Position numbers and translations under genes: made by a program. Positions 12,001 to 23,820 of a DNA stretch of 64,000 bases are shown in pieces. Below the pieces are notes generated by a model. It was not told where the DNA came from. It made no database searches and saw nothing but the letters and a program-made list of their open reading frames with translations. Every line of letters starts with the position of its first letter. The stretch's first letter is position 1. The DNA is from Vitrella brassicaformis CCMP3155 (Eukaryota; Protista; Chromerida): NCBI GenBank assembly GCA_001179505.1, contig CDMY01000791.1, positions 62,001 through 126,000 on the forward strand, given 5' to 3'.

Positions 12001-15000
12001 GCAGGAGGGGCTTGCTCTGGCGCTCGACATCTGCTCACAGAGGACGTATGCGCCCGAGCCGGCTGTGCTCTTCGGACCAAAGCGAGGCGACTACCATGTG
12101 GGCTGTGCTGTGCAGCGGACACAGAGAGAGGGGGGGGTGGGTGGATGGATGTGTCTGTCTGTCTGTCTGTCTGCTGCAGGTAGATCCTGAGCATCTGTCG
12201 GCGTATTCTCGTTCTGCGCGTCTGGTGTCGTCAATCGAGACGCAGACCCGGTTCCTGGGCCAGGTCTCCACACTGGTGGAGCAGACGGGACTCACCGACG
12301 CCGCACACTCACTCGCCAGAGACCTACTCACACTCACCGTAACCAACCACACACACACACACACACACATACACACACACACATACACAGCTGTTGTGTT
12401 GTATTGTCCTGTGTGATTGAATCTGCCAACGAACGAGTGCAGCGGCAGCATCCCCCCGCGCATGCGTCGCCCTTCCTCCCGCCAGCAGCGGCGTCATCCC
12501 CACCGCTCCCACGCACATCCATCTTCTTCCCACACACCTCGCTCTCTCACTCACACACCCAGCAGACAACAGCTGACCATGACCAAGGACCTGCAGAGGT
12601 GCAGCAGCAGCAGCAGCAGCAACAGCATCGTGGAGGTGTGGGTGTGGGTGGGAGCAGCCTGATGCAGGGAGGGAGGGGTCGTGAGGTGGGTTGGAGCGAC
12701 ATGTACTTTGGCGCTATGGGAAGGGCCAGCGCTGCGCTCATTCTGGCCAGCGAGGCAGGGGCGCAGCAGTAAGTGCTGCTGCTGGGGAGGGAGGGACCAT
12801 GGTGTGCAGTTTCTGGCTGTGTGTGGTGTGTGTGGGTCTGCTGCATTGGTTGCAGCGTTCGTATGGAGCGAGAGTTGATGGAGCTGGTGGTCCACGGGCC
12901 CACCACGTACGTCAGTCAGCACAGCCCCTCCCCTACGCACCGCAGCACTGAACCACCAAACACACAGACGCACACTCACTCATGCGTATGTGTATATGTG
13001 TGTGTGTGTGTGTGTGTGGCTGTGTCTGTCGTTGTGGCTGCCTCTGTGTAGGCTGATGACCCGGAGTGCCCTGCAGGCGGCCATCTTCTGCTGGGAGTGG
13101 CTCTCTTGCCACTCATACGGGTACCCTACCCACACCACACTGACCGCACCCTGACTGACGTGCGCCAGCACCACCAACCAGACTGCTCCTTCCTGTCTGT
13201 CTGTCTGTCTGTTGCCTGTTCTCCAGGTTGCGTCGTTTATTGCTGAGTGAGATGGTGTACGCCTGGGCCCGCACGGTCTCGTCCGAGAGGGGTCTGTTCA
13301 GCGTGGAGCCGCGGCCCACGGGCATCGCCTCACACGACATCATGCAGCGACTCATGGAGGCTGAGGTGAGGGAGGCAATCAATGCCATCCACACACACAC
13401 ACACACAGAGAGAGAGATGTGGTTGTGTGCTGTGTGCGCTGTGTGTGGTGTGGTATGGGTATCAGGAGGAGCCCGTGTTGGGCATCGACGAGGACCTAGA
13501 CGACGAAGGGGTCGACATGTCGACCGCCGTCACCTTCATCACAGACAGGAAACGCTCCAGGCCCCTCTCACCACCGACACACATGCCCATGACCACCTAC
13601 CAAGACCATCACCCACCACCACCACCACCACCAGTGTCAGCGGAAATTGTCCACGCCGCGGCCGACCAGCTGACTGCAGACGAGCAGCACCAGCACCAGC
13701 GTCATGTGGGTGTGCGCGAGATGGAGATGGACCTCTCTGCTCGGCGGCGTCTGTCGGAGCTGCGTGCGGAGCTCATGACGCGTGCCCACGTGGGGAGCGG
13801 GGGGACGCCCGAGAAGGCCGCCGCACAGGAGGGCATCAAGCTGGTGCAGCAGGAGGAAATCAACGCACACGAGGTAGGGTAGATAAAGGCCAAATAAGCA
13901 GACAGACGCCACGAAGGAAGGGTCTGTGTGTATGGTACGGGCGGCTGCGTGTGTGTGTGTGTGTTTGCCGACATATAACTTGGCTGGTATTTATTGCCAA
14001 ATCAATAAATAGCTGTGGATAGGGTTCCTATCGCAGCGGCTGGTGATAGCTCGTCTGGTGGACATAGACGAGGTCTCTCTGCTGGCGCAGTTCCCCATTC
14101 TGGCCCTCAGCGCCCCCCACCTCTCCGCACTCTCATCCGCAATGAGCCCGAAGTACAGACTGCTCAACATGACCTTCGAACTGCTACAGGTACACACACA
14201 CACAGACACACATGCCCCCATTTATGTGTGTGCAGCTTCACCTGTCAGCCCCGCCCGCAACGTCGTTCCGCGGCACACGCAAGGAGGACGGCAGCCGAGA
14301 CCATCACCGCCACCACCACCAGCACCACCAGCATCGCAAGCAACAACACCAGCGCCACGGCAAGGCGGCCGCGGCTTCAACGACAGGAGCCTTCCCTGCT
14401 GCTGCTGCTGCTGCAGGTGGTGGTGGTGGTCAGCCGTCGGGTCATCCCTTTCTGTCAGATGGGACTTTGGCGTGTGTGCACGAGATGGCATTCGAGGCGC
14501 TCGTCTGGCACTTCAGCGCACCCATCTGCTGGCACGCCCGGCCCAACCTTCTGGAGGCTCATGTGCTCACACAGGTGAGTCTGTCTGTCTAAGTGTCTGT
14601 CTGTCCACCCACCCACCCGTCCACCACTGCTTCTGTGTGTCTGTGCTTTCTCGTCAGCTGCTGCTCCGTTCGCTAGAGCTGCTCCGTCGCGACGCACACG
14701 TGGCCCTGTTGCTCCCGTCCCTCCAGCAGCCCCTCCCCCTCCCCACCCCCCTCCCAGCGCCCATGCGTCGTCTGCCGTCGGTCCTCCAGCGCACCGACAC
14801 CACCTGTGTGTGGGGGACAGGTGGGCAGAGCGGCTGGCTCGACGGGGCCAGCCTGTCGGTGCGGCTGCAGCGGCTAGGCACCAAGGGCGGTGGAGGAGGG
14901 GGTGGCGGTGGCGGAGGAGGCAAGTTCAGCACGCTAAGTGGGGCACTGCTCGATGGCAGCCGACTGCTGCAGCTACGGTGCGGACACACTTACACACACA

Positions 15001-18000
15001 CACACAGACAAACAGACAGACAGACAGGTGGGTATGGCGGAAATTCCTCTCTCTCTCTCTCTCTCTGTCTGTCTACAGCCGTGAGTTGTTAGAGCTGCTG
15101 GTGATCGACGAGCTGGAGCGTTTAGCCGTCTGGAACTCCCCATCGGGGGACAGGCTGCCCATCCTGCAGGCCACGCAGAAGGAGGAGAGAGAGCAGAAGG
15201 GCCCACTCGCCGTCGCACGCAAGCAGAGCGGCAGGTGGACCGCCCGACTGAGGAAATACGGCATCCTCCCGAAGCAGAAGCAGCTGCAGCAGCGGCAATT
15301 GTCGAATGACAACAACAGCTTCAGCCGTGGTGGGCGAAAGGCCGTCAACGACCGGATGATGAGGGGCGGGAGCCCCCTGCTGCTGCTGTCTGAGCGGGCC
15401 GCGAGCATGTCGGAGAGCCGGTGGGGCGAGCTGGCGCAGATCGCATGGCTCTGCTCCCCGGCACTCGCCGCGCAGCTCACCAAGAGATTCGCCGCCAAGC
15501 GCACCATCAGGCAGGCGCCTCCCTTCCCCTCCCTCCCAAATGTGTGTGTTGTGTATCTGTGTGTGGTGGGGTGGTGTGGTGTGCAGGGAGGAGGTGCAGC
15601 GTCTGATGCTGCGAGCGCCTTTCGGGTTTCTGGACCAGCCGGAGGCGGTGCGTTTGGTTGTGACTGAGTCGACGGCGGTGGAGCAGGGCGACGAGGGAGC
15701 GCTGCTGCCGCTGCTGTACTTCACCGAGATGCCGTTCGACGTCATCTTCCACATGCTGCACCGCTCGCTGAGGTCCAACCTCTTCGTCAGACACATCGCC
15801 ATCAGAGCCATGACCAAGTCAGTACCTGAGAGACAGAGAGAGGGGGGGGAAAGAGGGCAAGAGGGGATGGATGGATGGATGTGTGTGTCAGGTATAGCCC
15901 TTCGGTGCTTCGTTTCTACCTGCCTCAGTTGGTGCAGGGGATGCGTCACGACCCTTCCGGCGCTTTGGCGCGGGCCATCCAGGACATCTGCCGCATCTCC
16001 CCGCTCTTCACACACTCACTCATGTTCAACCTCACCTCAGAAGCAAAGGTACACACACACACACACACACAGACGGCCAGACGGCCAGACAGGCAAACGG
16101 CCGGCACTCTCTCTCTCTCTGCATGTCGATGTGCGTCTCATTGTGTGTGTGTGTGTTGGGTGTGTGCAGGAGACGAGTGCCGACGAGCGCAAGGTGCCGT
16201 TGTCCGAGCCTGATACCCTCCCTGCCACCTGCCAGCGGCTCAGGGTCAGCCCACGAGCCCACCAACACACACACAGAGACCCACCCCAAGCTACCCAAGC
16301 CTTGCAGCCATGCATGCCCGAACCACCACACTGTGTGTGAGTGTCTTGTGTGTGTTGTGTGTGTGTGTGTGTGTGTCAGTCGTCCATCATCGACGAGATG
16401 AGCGCGTTGGAGCGTGACGTGTTTGAGCACCAGTTCGCCTTTTTCGACGCCGTCACGTCCATCAGCGGACGACTCAAACGCATACGCGCAGAGGAGCGCA
16501 AGGAGCACATCCGCAAGGCGCTCGAGGACATACCCGTAAGACGACAAGGGGAGGGAGGGAGGGAGGGAGGGGTGGGACATCAAGATGGATGGATGGCCAT
16601 GGGTGTGGTGTGGTGTGTGGTGTGTGGTTAGGTGTTGTATGACCACATATATCTCCCGGTGGACCCCCACATGCGGGTCGTCGCCATCGACCTCGACAGC
16701 GGCACGCCCATGCAGTCGGCCGCCAAGGTAAGGTGCCCTCACACCACCACACCACACCACACCACACCACGGCACGGCACGGCACACCCTCTCCCATGTG
16801 TGTTAACCTGTAGGTTCCGGTGCTGGTGACGTTCATAACGGAGCCCTACATCGGTATCGACGCCCACGTGCAGCAGCTCCTCCTCTCCCACCCCTCACAC
16901 GCCGCATCGCCAAACCTGCACCATGCCCAGACCCACCCCCTCCCCCTCCCCATCCCCCAAGCCGCCACCCCGGCCACAGCTGTGGCGGTGGGCGCCTCCC
17001 CGCCAGCAGTGGGCGTCCGCAGGCCCACCATGATGAAAAGACCCATCGGACAGGAGCAGCCACAACAACTCCCACAGCAGCCACAGAAGAGGGCTAGTGG
17101 TGCTGGGGAGGGGGGGCACACGCACAGGCGGCGTGATGCTGGGAGGGCTGCTGCTGCTGCTGCTGGGAGGGAGGAGAGCGGAAGCGACTGGGCGGGGGGG
17201 CCCAATACGTCTGTGTCGGCGGCATCGTCCGTCGGCGGCAAGGGGGGCACTTCTTCACAGAGGCCCCCTGGAGGCGGTCCGATCGACGACACCGCCTCCG
17301 AGGCTGCTGCCGCTGCGTCTGCTCCCGAGTCACACTACTACCCCTTCCTCCCCCCTCTGGCATCCTCTTCCTCCCCGCGCCCACAGCATCAGCAGCCCCC
17401 GTCGCCCCCCACCGCACCATCACCCTCGCTCCCCCCATCCCCAACACTCCCACCACTCGGCGGACAATCAGGGTGGACAGCCACAGCCACAGCCGCGGCC
17501 ACACACAGGGCGCCAGCGGGCGTCGGTGTGCGGCTGATGCTGGGCGCCCCCGGTGAGCATGAGAGTGACGAAGACCTGGGTGACGAGGACAACGAGGCCG
17601 ACGACGAGCTCGAGGGGCATGACCACCATGACCATGGTGCGGCGAGGGATAGAGAGGGGGAGAGGGAGAGGGAGGGGCATCCTGTGCAGGGGGCTGTTGG
17701 TGCTGGTGCTGGTGGTGGCGATGATGAGGAGGAGATGTTCCGCGAGGAGAGGGTGTTCCTCGAGACGCTCAGCCGATACGACAGAGGCAGGTACCAACCC
17801 AATCACCTCAATTGCCATTCATTGAGTGGACCATTATCGAACCTTGCCCGTGTATGTGTTGGCTGATGGCTGGCTGGCTGGACGGATGTGTGGATTGGTC
17901 AGTGTGACGGCGTTGCGTGCCTCTCCCCACTGGCGGCGTCGTGAGGGCGGCGGTCAGTTGTCGCCCTCGTCCCGCGGCAACAAGCGGCGCAAGACACTCA

Positions 18001-19683
18001 AGGAGAAGATCACATACGAGGGCGTCAAGCTGCAAAAGCTCATGAAGGAGAAGGTACGCGCACACACACACACACACACACAGAAAGAAAGACAGACAGA
18101 CAAACGGGCAGACAGGCAGGCCATCTTCATTTGGTGTGTGTCTGTGGATGTGTGTGTGCTCAGCGTGACGCGTTGTCCCAGTATTTGGAGCAGAAGGCGC
18201 AGCGGACTCTGAGCATCATGAAGAAGAAGGTCATGAAGATCAAGCGGAAACAGAAAATCAAAGAGCTCGCCAGGAAATACCACGTCCGGTGAGAACGCTA
18301 CGCTCCTCCTTTTGTCGATCTGGCCATCTCTCTCTCTCTCTCTCTGTCTGTCTGTCTGTCTGTCTGCCATTCGTCCATCAGTACGAGTGACGTGACGGAC
18401 AGCGAGGATGCGGCAGAGGCGAACGTGGCGCCCGAGGCCAAGGCCCACGACCAGGTGTCATGCATCTTCAAAGTCAACGACGACGTCAGGCAGGACCTCC
18501 TCGCTCTACAAATCATGCAGGTAGGTCACCCTCCCTGGTCACACACTCACACCCTAGCTAGCCACACACACACCAGACACACACACAACAGCTACCTCTG
18601 AGCAGCTAGCCCATCCGTGTGTCTGTCTGTCTGGTGTGTGTGTGTGTCACCCACCCTTTGCAGCTGTTCCACTGCATCTTCCACGAGGTGGATCTCAACC
18701 TGTGGATGTACCCCTACCGGGTGCTGTCCAACCGCACCGGCCACGACGGCCGCATCGGCGGCATCATCGAGTGCGTCCCCAACTGCAAGTCCAGACACCA
18801 GCTCGGCAAGCAGGCCGACACGCAGAACCTCCCTCTCGACCAGTACTTCGTCCGCACCTTCGGACCCACACACTCCGTGGCATTCCAGCGCGCCAGGGCC
18901 AAGTTCGTGCGCTCCCTTGCCGCCTACAGCGTCATCTGCTTCATCCTGCAGGTAGGCAATCTCGACAGACAGACACGCACGATGTGACAGATACCCCTGT
19001 GTGTGTGTGTGTGTGTGTAGATCAAGGATCGGCACAATGGGAACCTGTTGGTGACGTCGGAGGGCCACATCTTGCACATCGACTTCGGCTATCTGTTCGA
19101 CTACTCGCCCGGCGGCGACATTCGGTTCGAGAGTGCGGGGTTCAAGCTGACCAAGGAGATGATCGACATTATGGGCGGCAGCATGACCAGCGAACCCTTC
19201 AAACTCTTCGCAGACCTCTGTGTGCAGGGGTAAGACAGGCAGACAGGCAGGCAGTCAGGCAGGCAGGCACCCAGCGAGGGAACGAGCCACACACAGGCAG
19301 CTAGCTGTGGGTGTGGGGTGCCTGCCATGGTTGTTTGGTGCCCTTAGGTATCTGGCGTTGCGTGAGCATGCGGAGCTGATTCTGAATCTGGTGGAGCTGA
19401 TGATCGAGTCGGGCCTGCCGTGCTTCAAACCCATGTCTATCGCTAACCTCAGGTCGGTCAGCGACCTGACACACTCACATCCCACCCCATGCACTGCAGT
19501 GCTTTCCGGCGTGCGTGGACACAGGCGTGTGTGTGTGGTGTGTGCAGGTGGCGCTTCCAGCTGGACCGCAGTGCTCGTGGTGCGGCTCAGTTCATGCAGG
19601 AGCAGATCGTGTTTGCCTACAACAACCTCACCACGCGCATATACGACATCGTCCAGGCCGTCCAGCAGGGCATCAAGTACTGA
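6031..19683 (+). CDS. PI4KA: Phosphatidylinositol 4-kinase type III alpha (PI4KA/STT4-like), many exons
   Basis: N-terminus EIFARMARCLAAIEQVSLERLSAFLSYCP, helical region FYLPQLVQGMRHD, and kinase motifs GTPMQSAAKVP, IFKVNDDVRQDLLALQIM, LWMYPYRV, GIIECVPNCKSRHQLGK, SLAAYSVICFILQIKDRHNGN, HIDFGYLFDYSPGG. It ends YDIVQAVQQGIKY*, matching the PI4KA C-terminus. Confidence 0.95.
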
Positions 19684-20116
19684 ACGAACGACAGACCAAC
19701 GGACGGGCGGACAGCCGACCGACCGATGGACGGAGGAAGCCACGCTTGCTTAGAAGAGACAGGCACAGAGAGAGAGACAGAGAGACACGCACACATGAGC
19801 GCATGTGTGCGTTGGTTGATGGGCGCAGCCAATGAGTGATGCGTGGATGGACAGAATTAGTGCAGCCACCCACCCACCCACTACCCACTCACTCCCCGAG
19901 CCAGCCACTGACTGACTGACTGTTTTGTGTGTGTGAGAGGTCGATCTTTTTGTAGGTAAGGCAGCACAGGCAGCACCGCACAGACAGCACCCAGTGACTG
20001 ACTGAGTGAGTTGAGTGCACTGACTGCACGGGTTCAGTGAGGGTTGACTGTGTGCTGGGACGGACGCATGGACGCATGGACGCTCGCTCGTGTGCAGGTA
20101 CATACCATAGTGGGCA

Positions 20117-20245
20117 TGATGGAAAACTGCACCGAACAACAACTAATTGAGCTCCACCGAAAGTTAATGAAAAGCGGGTACTGCCTGATATTCATTAACT
20201 TTCGGTGGTGCTCCATTGGCTGTTGTTCGGTGCAGTTTTCCATCA
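20117..20245. repeat. 129-nt near-perfect inverted repeat (55-bp arms, 19-nt loop); MITE-like or hairpin RNA
   Basis: Arm 20117..20171 versus the reverse complement of 20191..20245 matches at 51 of 55 positions. It lies between the convergent 3' ends of PI4KA and RSL1D1. Confidence 0.9.
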
Positions 20246-20460
20246 CGGCAGTCTGACTAGTTCAGCCAATCAATGGCTGCAGCGATTTTGCAAAGCGAAT
20301 GCGACAGACACGCGCACGGCACGCACAGTCAGCTCTCGATTCTCTTGCGCCACCCTTGGTTGGTTGATTCATAGGCGACAGAGTCAGTATGCACATATGT
20401 CTGTCTGTCTCCATGTACTTCCTCTCCAGCTCCATCAATCGGCACAAAGCAGGTCAAACC

Positions 20461-22112
20461 TCACAGCTTGGCGCCCGCCTTTCTCTTCTTGCTGCCTGTC
20501 AGCCCAGCACCAGCCCTGCTCACCCCTTTGCCATCCTGCCGCACCTTCTTGCCTGACGCCGCTGCGCTGCCCCTCTGGCCCTCCTGCCCGCTGCTCGGCT
20601 CGCTCCTGACCCTCTTCTGTGCAGGCTGCGGCGCACCGTCGTCACTCACTTGCTGGGCCATAGCTCGCTTCTTAGAGGGCCGCACTGCTGCAGGTGACGC
20701 CGCTGCTGCTCCTTGGTCCTCCTTTGCCGCGGCAGCCTCTCGCACAGCGGCGTTGTACTTGTCGGCAACGTATATGGGCAGGGCGACCGAGTCAGTGGCC
20801 TTGACACTGATGGCCGATATGGTGTTGTGGAAGCGGGGCGTCGAGAAGATGCTCGTCACCTCCTCTATCACCCTGTTGGATGGATCGATCCATCGACACA
20901 CAAACAGAGGGAGAGGGGGAGGTAGAGGGGGAGGGGGACAGAGGGATGGCATGATTCTCTCTCTAGCCAGTCCGTCGTCAGCCAGCCACCCATTGATTGC
21001 TGGCTGCACTCACTGATGATGCATTCGTTGTGTGTACCTACCTGAGCGCGTTTGCGACGATATGCGCCGGGTCCATGTTGCAGCGGCCGATCTTGACGGA
21101 ACTGACATACATACATGGGAAGATGGAACAAAGCAAGCAGGCAGCCGTCACCACGGATGGATCCATGTTGGCTGACCCACACCCCCACTCCACTCACCAG
21201 CAGGGCCCCGGGGGAATGCGCAGAATGGTCGAGTTCTTGACGTTTTCCACCGCCTCAAACCAGTTGGCAAGAGTCAGCTTCACCGGAATGGGACTCCTGC
21301 ACACAACACACAACGCACGACTCGGATCTCTCACAAACCGGCAGACAAACAGCAGCCGAGGGTCGTTTGCTTTGGGAGCTGAGCTGACTGACTTTTTGGT
21401 TTGGAAGAACGGTTTGCCGAGGTAGGAGGGCATCATTTCGACGACCCTGTCGTCACAGATGAAGACGTCATAGCTCCGACACAGCTCTCGACGCTGCGCC
21501 GCCGTCTTGAAGTTGCGACGCAACTTGCCCACAGGCAACAGCTGACCCAACACACCAACCATCACACACACACCGACGGCATGAGCAACCTCGGCCTGCC
21601 TCTCTCCCTCCCTCCCTGTCTGTGTGGTCAGTCTGTCCGTCCGTCGGTCCATGTGTGAGATCAATACCTACCTTGATGGATCCTCCGCCTTGGATGTGTT
21701 TGTTCTGCAGCTGGTCCTTGAGGTTGGCCTTGGCCGAGTCCTTGATGAACACACATATGTCCACGTCCTCGGGATAGATGCTGTGCGGCACCGGGCTGCA
21801 CACACACACACACACACACGCACGCACAGACACACAGACAGACAGACACGCACACCGAGAGATGAGTTCGCAGCTGCCACTCATCTCATCCCTCCCTTCC
21901 TCCCTTGATCTTTGCCATACGTACATGAGGAATGGTTTCTCGCGCCTCTTGTCGGGGATCTTCTCGAGGCTGATGTACAGCGAGATGGTCTCCTCGTTGG
22001 CGGCAAGCAGCTCGTTCTTGGGGGCGTTCTTGGCTGCCACGTGCTGCACCAGCGCCTTGACCGCCTTCTCAGTGGTCGATCCCGACGCCAGAGGGGCACT
22101 TGCAGAATCCAT
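20461..22112 (-). CDS. RSL1D1: Ribosomal L1 domain-containing protein (RSL1D1/Cic1/Utp30 family)
   Basis: Exons give EKAVKALVQH, ISLYISLEKIP, PVPHSIYPEDVDICVFIKD, KLRRNFKTAAQRRELCRSYDVFICDDRVVEMMPSYLGKPFFQTKK, PIPVKL, VKIGRCNM and ISVKATDSVALPIY, plus a basic low-complexity tail ending KKRKAGAKL*. Confidence 0.92.
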
Positions 22113-22353
22113 CCTTTCTGCTCCTCCCCGGTGCCCGGGGAGAGAGCGGTTTCACGGAATGTCCTAAGCTGCCTGACGGCCAAGCCCGGAAACTGCGAGC
22201 CTAGAGTGGTGAACCGACCGACGGCGAAAGCGGGAGCCCCGAGCATCTGTTGAAGATCACAGGTTCGCTCGACAGATCAGTCGATAAATCGGCCTCCCTC
22301 CCTCCCCATCCATGTGTGTTGCTTTCGTGCATGTTGCAGGCAGGCAGGCAAGC

Positions 22354-22665
22354 ATGGCCATGGTGAGCATGAGCAACGACACCAAGCCGCTTCTCCGCTT
22401 CCCCTCCGGAGCCTACCACACGCTGTCTCGGGAGGGATATGGGGACGTGGCGACAGAGGACCACACAGTCAAGCTCGACATTTTCTACTTCCTCGACGGC
22501 TTCGGCAAGGACAAGGCGGTGCGAGAGCAGCGGGGTGTGGCGTGCCGTGTGGGAGACAGGACTGGGTGGCTGCGGGAGGCGGTGCTGTCGATGCGGGTTG
22601 GGGAGGTCAGGCAAATCGTCCTGGGGGTGCTCTTTGTCGAGGTGCACTTGCTCGCCATCCTGTGA
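22354..22665 (+). CDS. Small FKBP-fold-like protein (degenerate PPIase)
   Basis: PSGAYHTLSREGYG..HTVKL..GWLREAVLSMRVGEVRQIV..LFVEVHLLAIL aligns by eye with the FKBP consensus PSGLQYKVLKEGTG..TV.VHY..GWDEGV..MKVGEKR.L..LVFDVELL. The start is uncertain (possible upstream intron). Confidence 0.6.
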   Translation: MAMVSMSNDTKPLLRFPSGAYHTLSREGYGDVATEDHTVKLDIFYFLDGFGKDKAVREQRGVACRVGDRTGWLREAVLSMRVGEVRQIVLGVLFVEVHLLAIL

Positions 22666-23820
22666 GTGAGCGAGCCAGCGACCGATCAGCGAGCGAGGGA
22701 GCAAGCGACTTCTTGCGTGGCTGCATCTATGCGTGATTGCAATGCATGGACGCAGATTGACGACCGTCTGTCTGCACGGGGCAAGCAGGACTAGCTTATA
22801 GTTTGGATGGCGGTTTTGTGTGGGGTCACGCTTTTGTTGAGATCAGCGAGAGGGAGGGAGGGAGGCATGTCTGCGTCAGTATCATGCTTAATCGTTGCCC
22901 CTGTTGACTCGCTTCCTCGTCTGTCTGTCTGTCTCTCTGTGCCGCATGCCCTGGGGGATGGCTGGGTGGCCATGAGTCCATCGGTGGCTTGTCTGTCGCC
23001 GTGCGTTCATACACAGGCATAGGGGCGGGAGGGTGGGCGGGTGGGTGACATGAACTGGATGTCGTTGACCATTTCCATCGATTTTTATCCATCGATTTTT
23101 GCTCACCGTGTCCCTGTGTATGTGTGTCTGTGTCCCCGTGTGGGTGGCTCGGTGGCTGGGCGGGCGGGTGCCTGCAGGTACGTCGCGTGATTATTGTGCG
23201 TGAGTAGGCGCGGCCCGCCTGCCTCTCTTCTGTGTGTGTGTCGGATTGTGTGTTTGCGGGCTCTGTGGCCGTGAGTAAGTGTGTGAGGGGAGCTGGGGCG
23301 GGAGGTTTTGTCGGGTTCTGTCAGTATTGTCCGTCCCCTGTCCATTTCTTGGCTGCCTTCTCACTCGTCTGTCTGTCTGTCTGTCTTCCTCTCTGTCTGT
23401 CTTTCTCTCTCGCATGCACTGAAGGACAGGAGGATGGGCGGCATCGCATCTGTGTGACGGAATTTGTTGATGAATGAACTTTGGCCATGTCATACACACA
23501 TCCATAGAGGCTGGGGGGGCTAGGGAGTGTGTGTGTGTGTATCACATCTGTCTGTCTGAGTGGCTGATTGTCTGTCTGTCTGTCTGTCTTGTGTGTGTGC
23601 TGCTGTACTCGCCTGTCGTGAATTGGTACATGAGTCACTCACTTCAGTGAGTCCACCTGTGTGTGGACGCGGGTGTGCGCTCGAGAGAGGGCGCAGGTTA
23701 TTACACAGGACAGCACAACAACGAGCGGTGCGTGAAAGCGAACGTACACTCACTCATAGCATGTTTGGATGAGTATATGTCGCAACACGCGTGTGGTGAG
23801 CACACAAACTACACCCCTAG

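Noticed and set aside
22700-23800. Short ORFs in the FKBP-WRAP73 convergent region (also 58100..59700)
   Set aside because: Dominated by microsatellites; reads as 3' UTR or intergenic sequence.
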